From a virus, in the IMG/VR virus record IMGVR_UViG_3300017446_000007, positions 1-43,071 of that record: 43,071 nt of DNA. One strand, given 5' to 3'. Positions 16,426-25,401 of this stretch are shown here, piece after piece; position 1 is the stretch's first letter; each line of letters starts with the position of its first letter. Both the position numbers and the translations under genes were made by a program. The notes beneath the pieces were generated by a model. It worked only from the letters and a program-made list of their open reading frames with translations. It was not told the DNA's origin and searched no databases.

Positions 16426-17039
16426 TCCAGTGCCTGACGCGGCGCGACGTAGCCGGGCCGGCGGGGGCCTTCACCACCATCCTCCGTACCCGTCGCTGGA
16501 ATGCGGACGGCGCCGACAACATGGAGATCACCGCTCTGGACCGGTGGTGTGGTGCCAACCAAGTACGTCACCGTGCCTCCCGAACGGTCGGGATCTTCGT
16601 AGGCGACGTAATCGGTATCGCCAGCCGCGGTCGCGGAGACGGTCCCGCCATTTACTGCAACACTGGTCCCGTCGCCGTAATAGCGGGTGTGAGCGATGAT
16701 CGTGATCGTCGCCGTCGTGGCTGACACGACACTTGATGGCTCAATATAGCTGTTTTGCAACGCTGTCTCGCGCTTCACGCTATCGGTTTGCTCCTGAGCC
16801 TGGCTGGCGGCTTCCTGCGCGGTCTGCGCGGCTTCCTGCGCCGTTTCTATAGCCCGCTGGGCTTGCTTCAGCGCCTCGTCAAGTTGATCAGTGATGCCGA
16901 GGATTTGCGCGATGGCGTTGAATACGCGCTCGATCTGCTCGGCAAACTGTTGCCAGTAGCGCGTAAACGACAATGTGGGTCGGCCGTCTGCATCCACGAT
17001 CGGCGCACCGGACAACAGGCGGGGCAGTTTTACAGCCAT
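16422..17039 (-). CDS. Tail needle/plug-like coiled-coil protein (P22 gp26 position)
   Basis: 205 aa. Central heptad-rich LDEALKQAQRAIETAQEAAQTAQEAASQAQEQ. Confidence 0.5.
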   Translation of the reverse strand: MAVKLPRLLSGAPIVDADGRPTLSFTRYWQQFAEQIERVFNAIAQILGITDQLDEALKQAQRAIETAQEAAQTAQEAASQAQEQTDSVKRETALQNSYIEPSSVVSATTATITIIAHTRYYGDGTSVAVNGGTVSATAAGDTDYVAYEDPDRSGGTVTYLVGTTPPVQSGDLHVVGAVRIPATGTEDGGEGPRRPGYVAPRQALD

Positions 17040-18412
17040 CAGCGCGAACGACCGCCTTGCGCCTCGTTAGAGCGCACCGCAGATACTCGAAACCGCACAG
17101 GATCAGTGCATCGGAACTCGAAAATTCCACCTGGCGCGTCGAAGCTACCAAACCTGCGCCACGACGCCCGCGCACGGTATTGGCCCTGTCGACCAAGCCG
17201 AGATTGACGCCATTCGCTCCACGTCCGTCCGCCGTCGCGCGATGTACGGACTTCCACGATCGGATCAGCGCCTTGGCCGACCAACGCTGGCGTTGATCCG
17301 AAATCCGCGTCCAGATGCACCACGTCCAATGAGAACGAGCCGTCTTGAACGGGTTGGAAGGCGGTAAATACTTTGGAGATCGGCTGGGCGGCATCGTCAT
17401 AGGCGGCGGGGTCTAACGACCAAATGATGCCCGAACTATCGTCTCCAAGCAGTGGCTTACCGTGCACCTGGACAGCGCAGCGGGGGCGGAAGTTGGCGCG
17501 CTGAAAACTGTCATTCTCCGACCATTCACGGGTCGCAACATCGTAGCATACCGTTTCGGCGTCGAGCCTGACGCAGAAGAATTTATGCCCGGTCTGCTCG
17601 AACGCGTAGGCAGATACCGCCGTGGCGGCGGCGATGCGTTCCTCAATGCCCGGATCAGACAAGCCATCCGGCGCGGCACCAGAACGGTAGACACGATTGT
17701 CGTCACCGATCCAGAACAGGCTGTTGTCAAGCGCAGCCGCACAGCCGGTGCCTTTCACGCCTCGCTGGTAGTTTCGCCCCTCAACGCGAGAGAAGGGTAA
17801 GGTCGCATCCCCACTTAACGCCCATGGCTCGATCGTACTTGTGCCTAGCAACCACATGACGTCCCCGGTTACCGCTACGTCAAGCAGCGGGTCGGGGGAG
17901 CTTTCCGCAGACGCATAGTCAAGCGCGTCCCACGACGTGGCGTCACGTAACTTGGACCAGTAGAACCGTTGCGAACCGGCCCGCAACGCGATGAAGAAGC
18001 CGCCAAGGTAAGCGACAGATGTTACGCTCGCACCATCCGGGAATGTCACCGGCACAGCTGTTGTTTCACTGGCGCGCAGCATACTGGCGCCGGCCGTGAC
18101 GACAATTTCGGTCGCCGATGCAGCGAAGCTGACCGGACCTGTGCCGTTGACCGCTCCAAGATCCATACTCCCGATCAACCGGTCGCCACTTATCGCGAAC
18201 AGCGTATTGGACAGCGTACCATCTTGGTAAAATAGACCGCGAATTGGGCCGCTGCCTTTGGTCTGATCTTGGCGCAAGCCAGGCCGATTGAGCAAAACGA
18301 TGCCGTCTTGCGACGTGGCAGCGCTCTCGACGTACATGTTGACAAGCCGAAGCTCGGGCAGTCCCGCAGCCTGACGACGGTACGTTGCGCGTCCGTAAGC
18401 GAGCGAGGTCAC
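17039..18412 (-). CDS. P22 gp10-like tail hub / packaged-DNA stabilisation protein
   Basis: 457 aa from GTG 18412 (GTGA overlap; the track start TTG 18463 was rejected). N-terminal ELRLVNMYVES and the basic C-terminal beta region resemble P22 gp10 as recalled from memory. Similar length to P22 gp10 as recalled. Confidence 0.65.
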   Translation of the reverse strand: MTSLAYGRATYRRQAAGLPELRLVNMYVESAATSQDGIVLLNRPGLRQDQTKGSGPIRGLFYQDGTLSNTLFAISGDRLIGSMDLGAVNGTGPVSFAASATEIVVTAGASMLRASETTAVPVTFPDGASVTSVAYLGGFFIALRAGSQRFYWSKLRDATSWDALDYASAESSPDPLLDVAVTGDVMWLLGTSTIEPWALSGDATLPFSRVEGRNYQRGVKGTGCAAALDNSLFWIGDDNRVYRSGAAPDGLSDPGIEERIAAATAVSAYAFEQTGHKFFCVRLDAETVCYDVATREWSENDSFQRANFRPRCAVQVHGKPLLGDDSSGIIWSLDPAAYDDAAQPISKVFTAFQPVQDGSFSLDVVHLDADFGSTPALVGQGADPIVEVRTSRDGGRTWSEWRQSRLGRQGQYRARASWRRFGSFDAPGGIFEFRCTDPVRFRVSAVRSNEAQGGRSR

Positions 18413-19080
18413 GGGTACTGATCCAGATCGGGGCCAAGCTGATACGAGGCCGGACGGTCCCAATCGAGCATGTCGCGTTCCAGCTGTGCAGCGTCAGCGG
18501 CGACAACCTGTACAGTTTGCGGGTCAGCGCGCACCTTGCCGAACGTCGGCGCCAGTTTCACGGCTAGGTTCTTCCACACCGCCTCCTGAAACATCTGCGG
18601 TACGTCGACCGGATCGCTGGGCTGGATCACGTCGCCAGTGATGCGGCCATAGTCGTATGCTACCGTGACAGCCTGATCCGGCACCGGCCATAGCTGCATC
18701 ACGATGCCGGTCACGTCTTGACGCAGGATATAAATGATAGGCGTTCCGCGCTGATCCTTGGTAGGCAGCACGGCGAACTGATCAGCCTGCCATAGCTGGA
18801 GGATACGCTCGTACCCGTCCTGCACCAGCCGCGCGCTCCCGACCGACAGCGCGCCGGGTAGGATCGCTGACGAAACACCCGCGGCAAAGTCAATTGTCGA
18901 CGCGGTATCGCGCCATAGGTTCAACCCCTTTGCTGCCCAGGCCTTCAGCATCGAATTGAGCCGCACGATGCCATCAGAGATTTCGTCTGCGGTCGGCTGC
19001 TCGCCCGAGGCGATTACGCCAATCTCGCGCATGGCTTGCGTTACCATGTCGCGAGCCGTCATCGTGAAGCTGGTGACCAT
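18409..19080 (-). CDS. P22 gp4-like head-to-tail adaptor
   Basis: 223 aa from ATG 19080. ARDMVTQAMREIGV...DEISDGIVRLNSMLKAW resembles the gp4 N-terminus as recalled from memory. Confidence 0.55.
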   Translation of the reverse strand: MVTSFTMTARDMVTQAMREIGVIASGEQPTADEISDGIVRLNSMLKAWAAKGLNLWRDTASTIDFAAGVSSAILPGALSVGSARLVQDGYERILQLWQADQFAVLPTKDQRGTPIIYILRQDVTGIVMQLWPVPDQAVTVAYDYGRITGDVIQPSDPVDVPQMFQEAVWKNLAVKLAPTFGKVRADPQTVQVVAADAAQLERDMLDWDRPASYQLGPDLDQYP

Positions 19081-19304
19081 TACAAGCTGTCCTGATCGAA
19101 CGGCACGTCGGGATCGACAAAGATGGGCGCGGGTTCGGGACGCGCGTTGCGTAACGGGACGCCTTCTGCGCGAAGGTTGGGCGGGCGCATCTCGGCGGGG
19201 CGCTTGTCCCAGTCGGCATCGCAGACCATCAAGCCTGTCCACTCCTTGCGAAGGTCGGCGAGGTCGTATTCAAAGCCGCAGCGGTCGCAAATTCCCCGAG
19301 CCAT
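19080..19304 (-). CDS. Small hypothetical head/tail protein
   Basis: 74 aa. AGGAGG lies before ATG 19304. Confidence 0.5.
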   Translation of the reverse strand: MARGICDRCGFEYDLADLRKEWTGLMVCDADWDKRPAEMRPPNLRAEGVPLRNARPEPAPIFVDPDVPFDQDSL

Positions 19305-19315
19305 ACCGCCTCCTG

Positions 19316-19348
19316 AAAACTGATGCCCGGCCTATGAGGGCGCCGGGC
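19316..19348 (-). terminator. Putative partial intrinsic terminator after the major capsid gene
   Basis: On the minus strand, GCCCGGC-10 nt-GCCGGGC (19348-19325) is followed by ATCAGTTTTC. Confidence 0.4.
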
Positions 19349-19361
19349 CTTCCCCTGGGCT

Positions 19362-20258
19362 TTAGGTGCCCTGCGAGCCGTAGATGGCGCGGAAGTCCGA
19401 CCAGCCGGCGCTGTAGCGCTCGGTGGCCTTCGCCTTGACGTTCTCGGTGTCGAAATCGTCGGCCTTCTGGAATTCGACCGCACGGCGCTTGTACGTCGTG
19501 AGGCCATCGACGTTGGTCCGCAGGAACCAGGCGTCAAGGTCCGTCAGGTAGGGATTGGCAACCACTTGCGGCGCCAGACCCATCGAACGGATCGCGTTCG
19601 TGTCGTTGTTCGCGGTGCCGACGCGCATGGTCGACTTGAGAATGCGCTCGGCGTTGAACAGCTCGCTGGGATGGATGACCAGCTTGACGCCACGCAGCAC
19701 GATCGGAAGACCGCGAGCGTTCTTCGCCGACCACATGAGCTTGAAGGCGTCTTCCAGCGACGACTCCGACAGATCGGCGTCCGCCACCTTGTTCGACTGA
19801 AGCCCACCGCGGGTTGGGTGGCTGTCGGAGATGAGCGGCTGACCGTCAGCGCCAACATACTGGTTGTTGAAAGCCCGGTTGAGGATGTTGGCATGGACCA
19901 TCTCCTTCGAGGAACGCATCGAGAAGGCGAGCGCCTTCGAACGATTGCGCGACACGTAGGTGTACTGGTCGTCCTCGATCTCTTCGCGGCTGACCATGTA
20001 GCCCAGTCCGTAAGTGACGTTGGTGAAGCGCTGCTTGCGCCCTTCGCCGTCCACGTCATAGACGATCGACTGCCCTTCGGACTTGACCCGGGCCGGGCCA
20101 AAGCCGGTCTGCTCGGATACCTCCTCGTAAGCCTTGTCGCTCGTCTCTTCGGTGAAGATCTGGTTGTAGAGCGGCTCCCACTCCTCATAGGTGAGGCCGA
20201 AGAAGCTCTTGATGCCCGGCCACAGCGTGGAGGGGTGGGTTGCGCGGGTGATAAGCAT
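19362..20258 (-). CDS. Major capsid protein (HK97-fold class predicted)
   Basis: 298 aa. Position after scaffold-like genes, followed by a terminator-like hairpin. Family not verified. Confidence 0.7.
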   Translation of the reverse strand: MLITRATHPSTLWPGIKSFFGLTYEEWEPLYNQIFTEETSDKAYEEVSEQTGFGPARVKSEGQSIVYDVDGEGRKQRFTNVTYGLGYMVSREEIEDDQYTYVSRNRSKALAFSMRSSKEMVHANILNRAFNNQYVGADGQPLISDSHPTRGGLQSNKVADADLSESSLEDAFKLMWSAKNARGLPIVLRGVKLVIHPSELFNAERILKSTMRVGTANNDTNAIRSMGLAPQVVANPYLTDLDAWFLRTNVDGLTTYKRRAVEFQKADDFDTENVKAKATERYSAGWSDFRAIYGSQGT

Positions 20259-20272
20259 GTCTCAGCCCTCCC

Positions 20273-20848
20273 TTAGACGCCGGTCGAGCCGGCCGCGCCG
20301 GTTTCGCTGGTCTGGTTGATACGGACGCGGGCAATGGCGTACTGACCGAACTCGTTGTCCGGTCGGCGCGCGAGGCCGACGATGCGAAGCTGGAGCGTGG
20401 CGGTCGTGGCGATGGACGAACTGTCCAGCATCCACCCCGACATGTTGTAGGCGTTGCCGCCCGTGCCAGCGATCAGGTTGGCGTTGGCGCCGATATCAGT
20501 CGCGGCGAGATTGCCGCTGCACATGATCTCATATTCGGCGTCAGGGTTGTGCTCGACTAGCGCGTGCACCTCGTTGCCGCCAAGGCGATAGCCCGCAGCG
20601 ACAATGCCGGGGTTCGGCGTAAAGCCCACCACGACACCGGTGACGCGGTTACCCGCACCCGCACTAGCGAGAACGACACTAGAGACGCCAACGGCATCGG
20701 CGGTGCCAGAGATGACCACCGGGTCGCCCCGGTAGACGGCGGTGTTGTCGGCGGCGAGCAGCGCGTACGGGTCGGTCCCGTCGTTGTAGGGTGCGCTGGC
20801 GCCGTCGCGAACGGGCATGAGCCCGAACGGAGCATTGGCGTTCGGCAT
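20273..20848 (-). CDS. Head-associated protein (possible decoration/cement protein)
   Basis: 191 aa, Gly/Ala/Asn-rich beta-type sequence directly upstream of the capsid gene. Confidence 0.4.
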   Translation of the reverse strand: MPNANAPFGLMPVRDGASAPYNDGTDPYALLAADNTAVYRGDPVVISGTADAVGVSSVVLASAGAGNRVTGVVVGFTPNPGIVAAGYRLGGNEVHALVEHNPDAEYEIMCSGNLAATDIGANANLIAGTGGNAYNMSGWMLDSSSIATTATLQLRIVGLARRPDNEFGQYAIARVRINQTSETGAAGSTGV

Positions 20849-20860
20849 GACTGCGGTTCC

Positions 20861-21316
20861 TTACGGAGAATAGGTCGAAGCGGTGAGCCGGTTGCCTGCG
20901 TCAGCGAAACGCTTGTCAGCGTCGGTCGCGTCCCGGCCTTCCGGGTCGGTGGATGCGCCGTGAAGCGCCGCCTGTTCGAGTTCTCGCCGCTGCACATCCT
21001 TGCGCGCCTGATCGTCTTCATCGAACTGGCGTGGCTTCATCAGGAGGTGCGCCATGATCGGCTTACCATGCTCATTGGTGCCGACAGGCCGCGGGTCGAC
21101 GCCGGGCACCTTGTCCCAGTCGTCGCGCTCGGTGGCGTTGTAAAGCCGAGGGCCAACGTCGTTGAACCAGCGAAGGCGGTGAGACTGGCCATGCTGCGCC
21201 TCGATCGCGGGCGGAACGGCAAGCTTCATGTCCATCGACTGGTCAAGCGTGCCATCCATGCGACGGCGGCGCTGTACGGCTTCCTCGGTGACGCGATCCC
21301 GCGGGGCCTGAGCCAT
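20861..21316 (-). CDS. Hypothetical head-module protein
   Basis: 151-aa charged protein between the scaffold-like and capsid genes. Confidence 0.5.
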   Translation of the reverse strand: MAQAPRDRVTEEAVQRRRRMDGTLDQSMDMKLAVPPAIEAQHGQSHRLRWFNDVGPRLYNATERDDWDKVPGVDPRPVGTNEHGKPIMAHLLMKPRQFDEDDQARKDVQRRELEQAALHGASTDPEGRDATDADKRFADAGNRLTASTYSP

Positions 21317-22116
21317 TATGCGTTCTCCTCGAAGTAGAGCTTGGAGTAATCCTCCAAGGTCTTGACCATACCGCGCTTGACGAAATCCCGTCCTGCGGCT
21401 TGGGCATTCGCCGGGAGATCAGCGAAGCCCTTGGCACGCGCGCTCGGCTGAGCAGCGCGGGTCTGCGGCGCCGACACACTGGCCGGCTGCTTGGCAGGAG
21501 CTTGCCCCTGCCCGAAAAGGTGCGGCATCTCGGCGCGGACAGCTTCTTCGGCCGCGCGTAGCTGCTCGCTGACGCTGACGCCCTGCTGCGCGAGCTGGGC
21601 GGTGACGCCCTGCGCGATCAGAGTGGCGCCGCGGTTCTGGTTGAACCATGAGTTGCGAGCAATGAAGGACTGCACCTCATCCTGAGCCGGCGCGGAGGCC
21701 TCGCGATCAATGCGCGTCAGTTCCTCGCGAGCGGCGCGGGCGCCCTCATGGTCCTTCTGCTCGACCGCATCGGCAAAGCGCTGCTCTACCTCGCGGCGGG
21801 CATCCTCAACGGCGCGGCGCTGGATCACCTCGGCAACGCGCCCGATGCTTTTTACCTCGGAACGCAAAGACTTCATCTCGTCAGCGCTCTCGCGGCTGCG
21901 CTTCATGCCGTAGGCGACGAATTCGCGCGGGTCGCGCCAATCATCCGGCTTGCCGCGCCATTCTTCCTTTGGCGTCCAGCCGTGTTCGCGGGCTACATCT
22001 TCGAAAGGATCTGCTTGCGACTGCGGCTCTGCGCCGCCTTCAGCACCCGGCTGCTGCTCTGCGCCGATCTGCGCAGTTTCTTCAGCTTGCTGCTGGCCTT
22101 CCACGAACTCGGTCAT
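21316..22116 (-). CDS. Scaffolding-like protein
   Basis: 266 aa, highly charged and helical (Glu/Arg/Ala/Gln-rich). AGGAGG before ATG 22116. Confidence 0.6.
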   Translation of the reverse strand: MTEFVEGQQQAEETAQIGAEQQPGAEGGAEPQSQADPFEDVAREHGWTPKEEWRGKPDDWRDPREFVAYGMKRSRESADEMKSLRSEVKSIGRVAEVIQRRAVEDARREVEQRFADAVEQKDHEGARAAREELTRIDREASAPAQDEVQSFIARNSWFNQNRGATLIAQGVTAQLAQQGVSVSEQLRAAEEAVRAEMPHLFGQGQAPAKQPASVSAPQTRAAQPSARAKGFADLPANAQAAGRDFVKRGMVKTLEDYSKLYFEENA

Positions 22117-22167
22117 CGGACCTCCTGCATCATCGCAGAAGGTGATGGATCAAGCCGGTATGCCTAA

Positions 22168-22176
22168 ATACTAGGC
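22168..22176 (-). promoter_or_regulatory. GCCTAGTAT motif copy 3
   Basis: Exact 9-mer in the 65-nt gap, 52 nt upstream of scaffold ATG 22116. Confidence 0.5.
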
Positions 22177-22181
22177 AAATG

Positions 22182-23432
22182 CTACGGGCGAGCTGGGACA
22201 GGGACAAGCCGCGGTTCGGCCTTCCACGTCACCCGGCTCACTTCCTTCATCTGGCGCCCATTGCCGAGGTCACCAGAGCTGCACGAGAGCAGCTTGTCGA
22301 TACAGTTCGCGATCCACATCGCCATCACGTCGTCGTCCCACGCGCCGAACCAGTCGGCGTGGATCGTCGAGCCCGCGGGCATGCGGGGCATCCCGGGCAT
22401 CTCGTCCGATGACAGATACCAGCTGTCCGCGCGCGCTTCGTCCACGGTGTACCATGCGCCCATCGTGAACGAAGGAATGACGTACGGGTGCGTCGCCGGG
22501 CACTTTAGGTAGCCCCACGACCCGTAGCCGGCGTCGGCGATGTGGTCGCGGTGGTTCGGGCTGTCGAGCCGCACGCCGTCCCAGCACGGCGGGGCGACAA
22601 TGATCCCGCCCAGCCGGTTGCCCGCGGGGCAGTTGGCCGCAGCCTCGGTGATCGTCTCGTAATGACCGGGCTTCGCGGTGGGGCCGTCGCAGTTGAAGTA
22701 GCCGCCCCCGGTCGCGGGCTTGCCGGTCATCGCGTCGTGGCCGAAGATGAAGCGCAGGCCGCGGGGCAGCGCGACGCACGCCTTGCCCTGACGCTGGCAC
22801 TCGGCGGCGTCCGCTGGCAGCCGCTTGTAATAGACGTTGATGAAGTCCGGCCGGACGACGTGGCCCTTGCCGTCGAGCATCGCCGGCATCCAGTATGCCG
22901 AGCGGTTCAAGACGTTGACGCAGGTGCTGTCGCCGGTCTTGCGCAGGCTGTCGTAGGTGCTGTTCGCGTTCGCCGCGGTGTTGCCGAACCACTGGTGCAG
23001 GTGGCTCTTGCCCGGCTGCTTCGGATAGACGAGCGGGTCGTCGTAGCTGACGGGCCCGGGGTTGCAGACGAACCGGAACGCGCCGACGGTATCCGGGCGG
23101 CCGGTCGGCGCGATCGCCCCCTTCTGCCCGCCGGTATAATCCTGCGTCCAGCCGATCAGCGAGGCGACATCCTCCTTCGTTGGGACGATCGCGGGCACCT
23201 TCGTGAAGTCGACGCCCAGCTCGGGCACCTCGATGTCGCCGACCGGCTTCGTGATCTTGCCTAGCGCGCGCAGATACTGCTCACGCCAGACCGGCCAGCT
23301 CTTCGCCACAGGCTCGCCCAGGGCCGACGCCACCGGCGGGGCGTCGCGCTTCAGCGTCGGCGTCTGGGCCGACACTGGCGCCGCGATGAAAGATGCGACC
23401 ACTGCCAATATGGTGCTAATCAGAATACGCAT
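22182..23432 (-). CDS. Secreted DUF1996-family protein
   Basis: 416 aa. Sec signal MRILISTILAVVASFIAAPVSA/QT. FRFVCNPGPVSYDDPLVYPKQPGKSHLHQWFGN matches the DUF1996 signature as recalled. Confidence 0.65.
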   Translation of the reverse strand: MRILISTILAVVASFIAAPVSAQTPTLKRDAPPVASALGEPVAKSWPVWREQYLRALGKITKPVGDIEVPELGVDFTKVPAIVPTKEDVASLIGWTQDYTGGQKGAIAPTGRPDTVGAFRFVCNPGPVSYDDPLVYPKQPGKSHLHQWFGNTAANANSTYDSLRKTGDSTCVNVLNRSAYWMPAMLDGKGHVVRPDFINVYYKRLPADAAECQRQGKACVALPRGLRFIFGHDAMTGKPATGGGYFNCDGPTAKPGHYETITEAAANCPAGNRLGGIIVAPPCWDGVRLDSPNHRDHIADAGYGSWGYLKCPATHPYVIPSFTMGAWYTVDEARADSWYLSSDEMPGMPRMPAGSTIHADWFGAWDDDVMAMWIANCIDKLLSCSSGDLGNGRQMKEVSRVTWKAEPRLVPVPARP

Positions 23433-23446
23433 CTCTCGACTTCCTG

Positions 23447-23452
23447 ATTATA
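23447..23452 (-). promoter_or_regulatory. Candidate -10 element for the DUF1996 gene
   Basis: Perfect TATAAT on the minus strand, 14 nt before ATG 23432. No convincing -35. A hairpin (23464-23481) lies just upstream. Confidence 0.35.
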
Positions 23453-23498
23453 GCTGAGAGCGACAGCCGCGGACACGGCTGCAACAGGGAGAGATTGG

Positions 23499-23678
23499 GT
23501 GTACGTGCCACGGGAACAGCTACGCGACATTCGCGTCGCCAAAGGCCAGATCGAAGCCGCCACGTCGGTAGATGAACTACGCGCCCCGCTGCTCGCGATA
23601 TGTCGCATCATCGAGCATGAACTCGCCGAGGATGTGGCTGATACCGACCTGATATTAGGTCGTCCGCGAGGCAGTTGA
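23499..23678 (+). CDS. Micro-ORF, 59 aa, opposite strand, divergent from the DUF1996 gene
   Basis: GTG lies 5 nt after GGGAGAG. Helical-looking VYVPREQLRDIRVAKGQIEAATSVDELRAPLLAICRIIEHELAEDVADTDLILGRPRGS. Confidence 0.35.
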   Translation: MYVPREQLRDIRVAKGQIEAATSVDELRAPLLAICRIIEHELAEDVADTDLILGRPRGS

Positions 23679-23685
23679 CCGGACA

Positions 23686-24861
23686 TCAAATGCCTCGCAA
23701 GCGGCGGAACAGCTCAGCGTAGGAAGCGGCCTCCAGACCATAGCCGAGCGCGGTCGGGTGAACGGTATCGCTGACCATGCCCGCAGCGCTCGATGCCGCG
23801 AACGAAACCCACGATGCGCGAACGTCAAGCACCGGAACGTCAGCCGCGAGCGCTGTTGCGATCGTTGCCGCGGCGTAGGCGTCCTGTTGCGGCGTAGCGC
23901 CGCTCGTCACGCTGTCGTAGATGGGTGTCGCTACGATCACGTCGCCCGACAGCTTGCCCTGCGCGATACCGGCCGCAAGGTTTGCCTGGAATACGCCGAT
24001 GTCGGTCGACTGACGCCAGTCGTTGATCGCCCAGTCACCGAGGATTGAGAGATCCGGTGCGATTGCTGTCCAAGCCTTCAGCGTCGAGGCGTTGGCGTCC
24101 GTGTCGTTGAGGAACTGTGCCGAGCGCTGCCCGCTGGCTCCCCAATTGAGCAAGCTGATTTCGCGGCGATTGCCTGCATCATCATAGGCCGTGACGCCGA
24201 CCAAACGAGGCGTTCCTGCCACCCAAGAGAGAGTGAGTGCATGCGTTCCAGAAGCACCTGCGCTGACAGTCGTCTTGGCGACTTGGATCGTGCCGCTGGT
24301 GGCGAGGTTCGTGGCTGCACCTCCATCCACCGCATACGAGAATGTATTGCCAGCTGCCCCATCACGCCACCAGATATCGAACTTGGTGACCGGTCCCTGC
24401 GGTGTGAATACGATCGTGCCTGCGGAACCGGCCCCGACAGCGAAGCCGTTGCCGCCGACCGTTGCGAAACTCGTCGGCGCTGCGCTGCCCGTGAACACCA
24501 GCCGCCCGTCAGCCGCTGCGATGGCGGCGCCCGTCTGCGCGCCGCCGTAACCTACCTTGTCGCCGAAGAAGTTGTTGGCTCCAGCCGGTATGCCCTGTGC
24601 CTGCAACATGCGGGCAAGCTGCATCGGCCACGAGTTGACTGCCTGCGTCGCCCCACCGCCGGTCGACTGTCCTGCTACGGTCGAAGGGCCGATGCACGCC
24701 ACAAGGGCGTTGCGGCTCGGGTTGGCCATCGCAGCACGGATGCGAAGCGTGTTCGACGGCTTCAGGTTGATGATGTTGACGCCGAGGTTGGCTGCCACAG
24801 CGTTGGAGGTCTTCGGCCCAGCGCTATTGAATTCCACGGCATCGAAGTTGGTAACGCCCAT
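23686..24861 (-). CDS. SGNH/GDSL-family hydrolase (esterase/deacetylase-like)
   Basis: 391 aa. Block I-like CIGPSTVAG, block III-like WAINDW, block V DTVHPT. GGGAG before the ATG. Confidence 0.6.
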   Translation of the reverse strand: MGVTNFDAVEFNSAGPKTSNAVAANLGVNIINLKPSNTLRIRAAMANPSRNALVACIGPSTVAGQSTGGGATQAVNSWPMQLARMLQAQGIPAGANNFFGDKVGYGGAQTGAAIAAADGRLVFTGSAAPTSFATVGGNGFAVGAGSAGTIVFTPQGPVTKFDIWWRDGAAGNTFSYAVDGGAATNLATSGTIQVAKTTVSAGASGTHALTLSWVAGTPRLVGVTAYDDAGNRREISLLNWGASGQRSAQFLNDTDANASTLKAWTAIAPDLSILGDWAINDWRQSTDIGVFQANLAAGIAQGKLSGDVIVATPIYDSVTSGATPQQDAYAAATIATALAADVPVLDVRASWVSFAASSAAGMVSDTVHPTALGYGLEAASYAELFRRLRGI

Positions 24862-24873
24862 GATCTAACTCCC

Positions 24874-25401
24874 CTACGAAGCAGGCAGAGCCAGAACGTC
24901 GAACGTGACGCCGGCTGCTGCGGTGGTGATGGGCGCGACGACAGCGCCAAGGATTGAGACGGTGACGCTCTGCGTCGTGAAGCACTTGATCGTGGCACCG
25001 GTGACGGTAACCGTACCAGCAACAGGGAAGCACAGCGGCGCACTCGCGGCGCTTGTCGACGTGACATAGGGCGTCACGGTCAGGCGCGGCGGACTGGGCA
25101 TCGCAGGCCACGCCACAGCGCCAGTGCCGCCCGTTGCAGTGACACCCTGCACTGTGCGGCTGATGCGCGGCTGCACGGCGTTCGCGAGCCGACACGCGTC
25201 GCCGCTGCCCGCAGCGCCCCCGACCGTCTCCATGGGCGGGATCGTGGCGCTAGGCTGGCATGCCGCCGCAGCAGCGTCAGCGGCTTGTTGCGCCTTCTGC
25301 GCGGCCGTTTGGACCTCCAGCTTGGTGGCGAGGTTCGTCGTATCGACACCAACTGGGTTAAGCGGCGTCACGACTTGCGCGAGAAGCAGCGCGGCGATCA
25401 T
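24874..25401 (-). CDS. Hypothetical protein, hydrophobic N-terminus, fibre-like coiled segment plus beta-rich C-terminus
   Basis: 175 aa, ATGA overlap upstream. Confidence 0.55.
   Translation of the reverse strand: MIAALLLAQVVTPLNPVGVDTTNLATKLEVQTAAQKAQQAADAAAAACQPSATIPPMETVGGAAGSGDACRLANAVQPRISRTVQGVTATGGTGAVAWPAMPSPPRLTVTPYVTSTSAASAPLCFPVAGTVTVTGATIKCFTTQSVTVSILGAVVAPITTAAAGVTFDVLALPAS

Noticed and set aside
18413-18463. TTG start at 18463 for the gp10-like gene (55-nt overlap with the upstream gene)
   Set aside because: GTG 18412 forms the GTGA stop/start overlap used throughout this genome and aligns better with the P22 gp10 N-terminus.
22179-22412. Plus-strand 77-aa ORF starting exactly 6 nt after the AATACT form of the motif
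   Set aside because: The product is Arg/His/Pro-rich shadow-frame sequence antisense to the DUF1996 gene. Only the spacing resemblance to the 11285 ORF is noted.
23420-23689. Minus-strand 89-aa ORF filling the gap upstream of the DUF1996 gene
   Set aside because: It is Ser/Arg-rich and low-complexity, has no ribosome-binding site, and overlaps both neighbours. The plus-strand 59-aa frame looks more protein-like.
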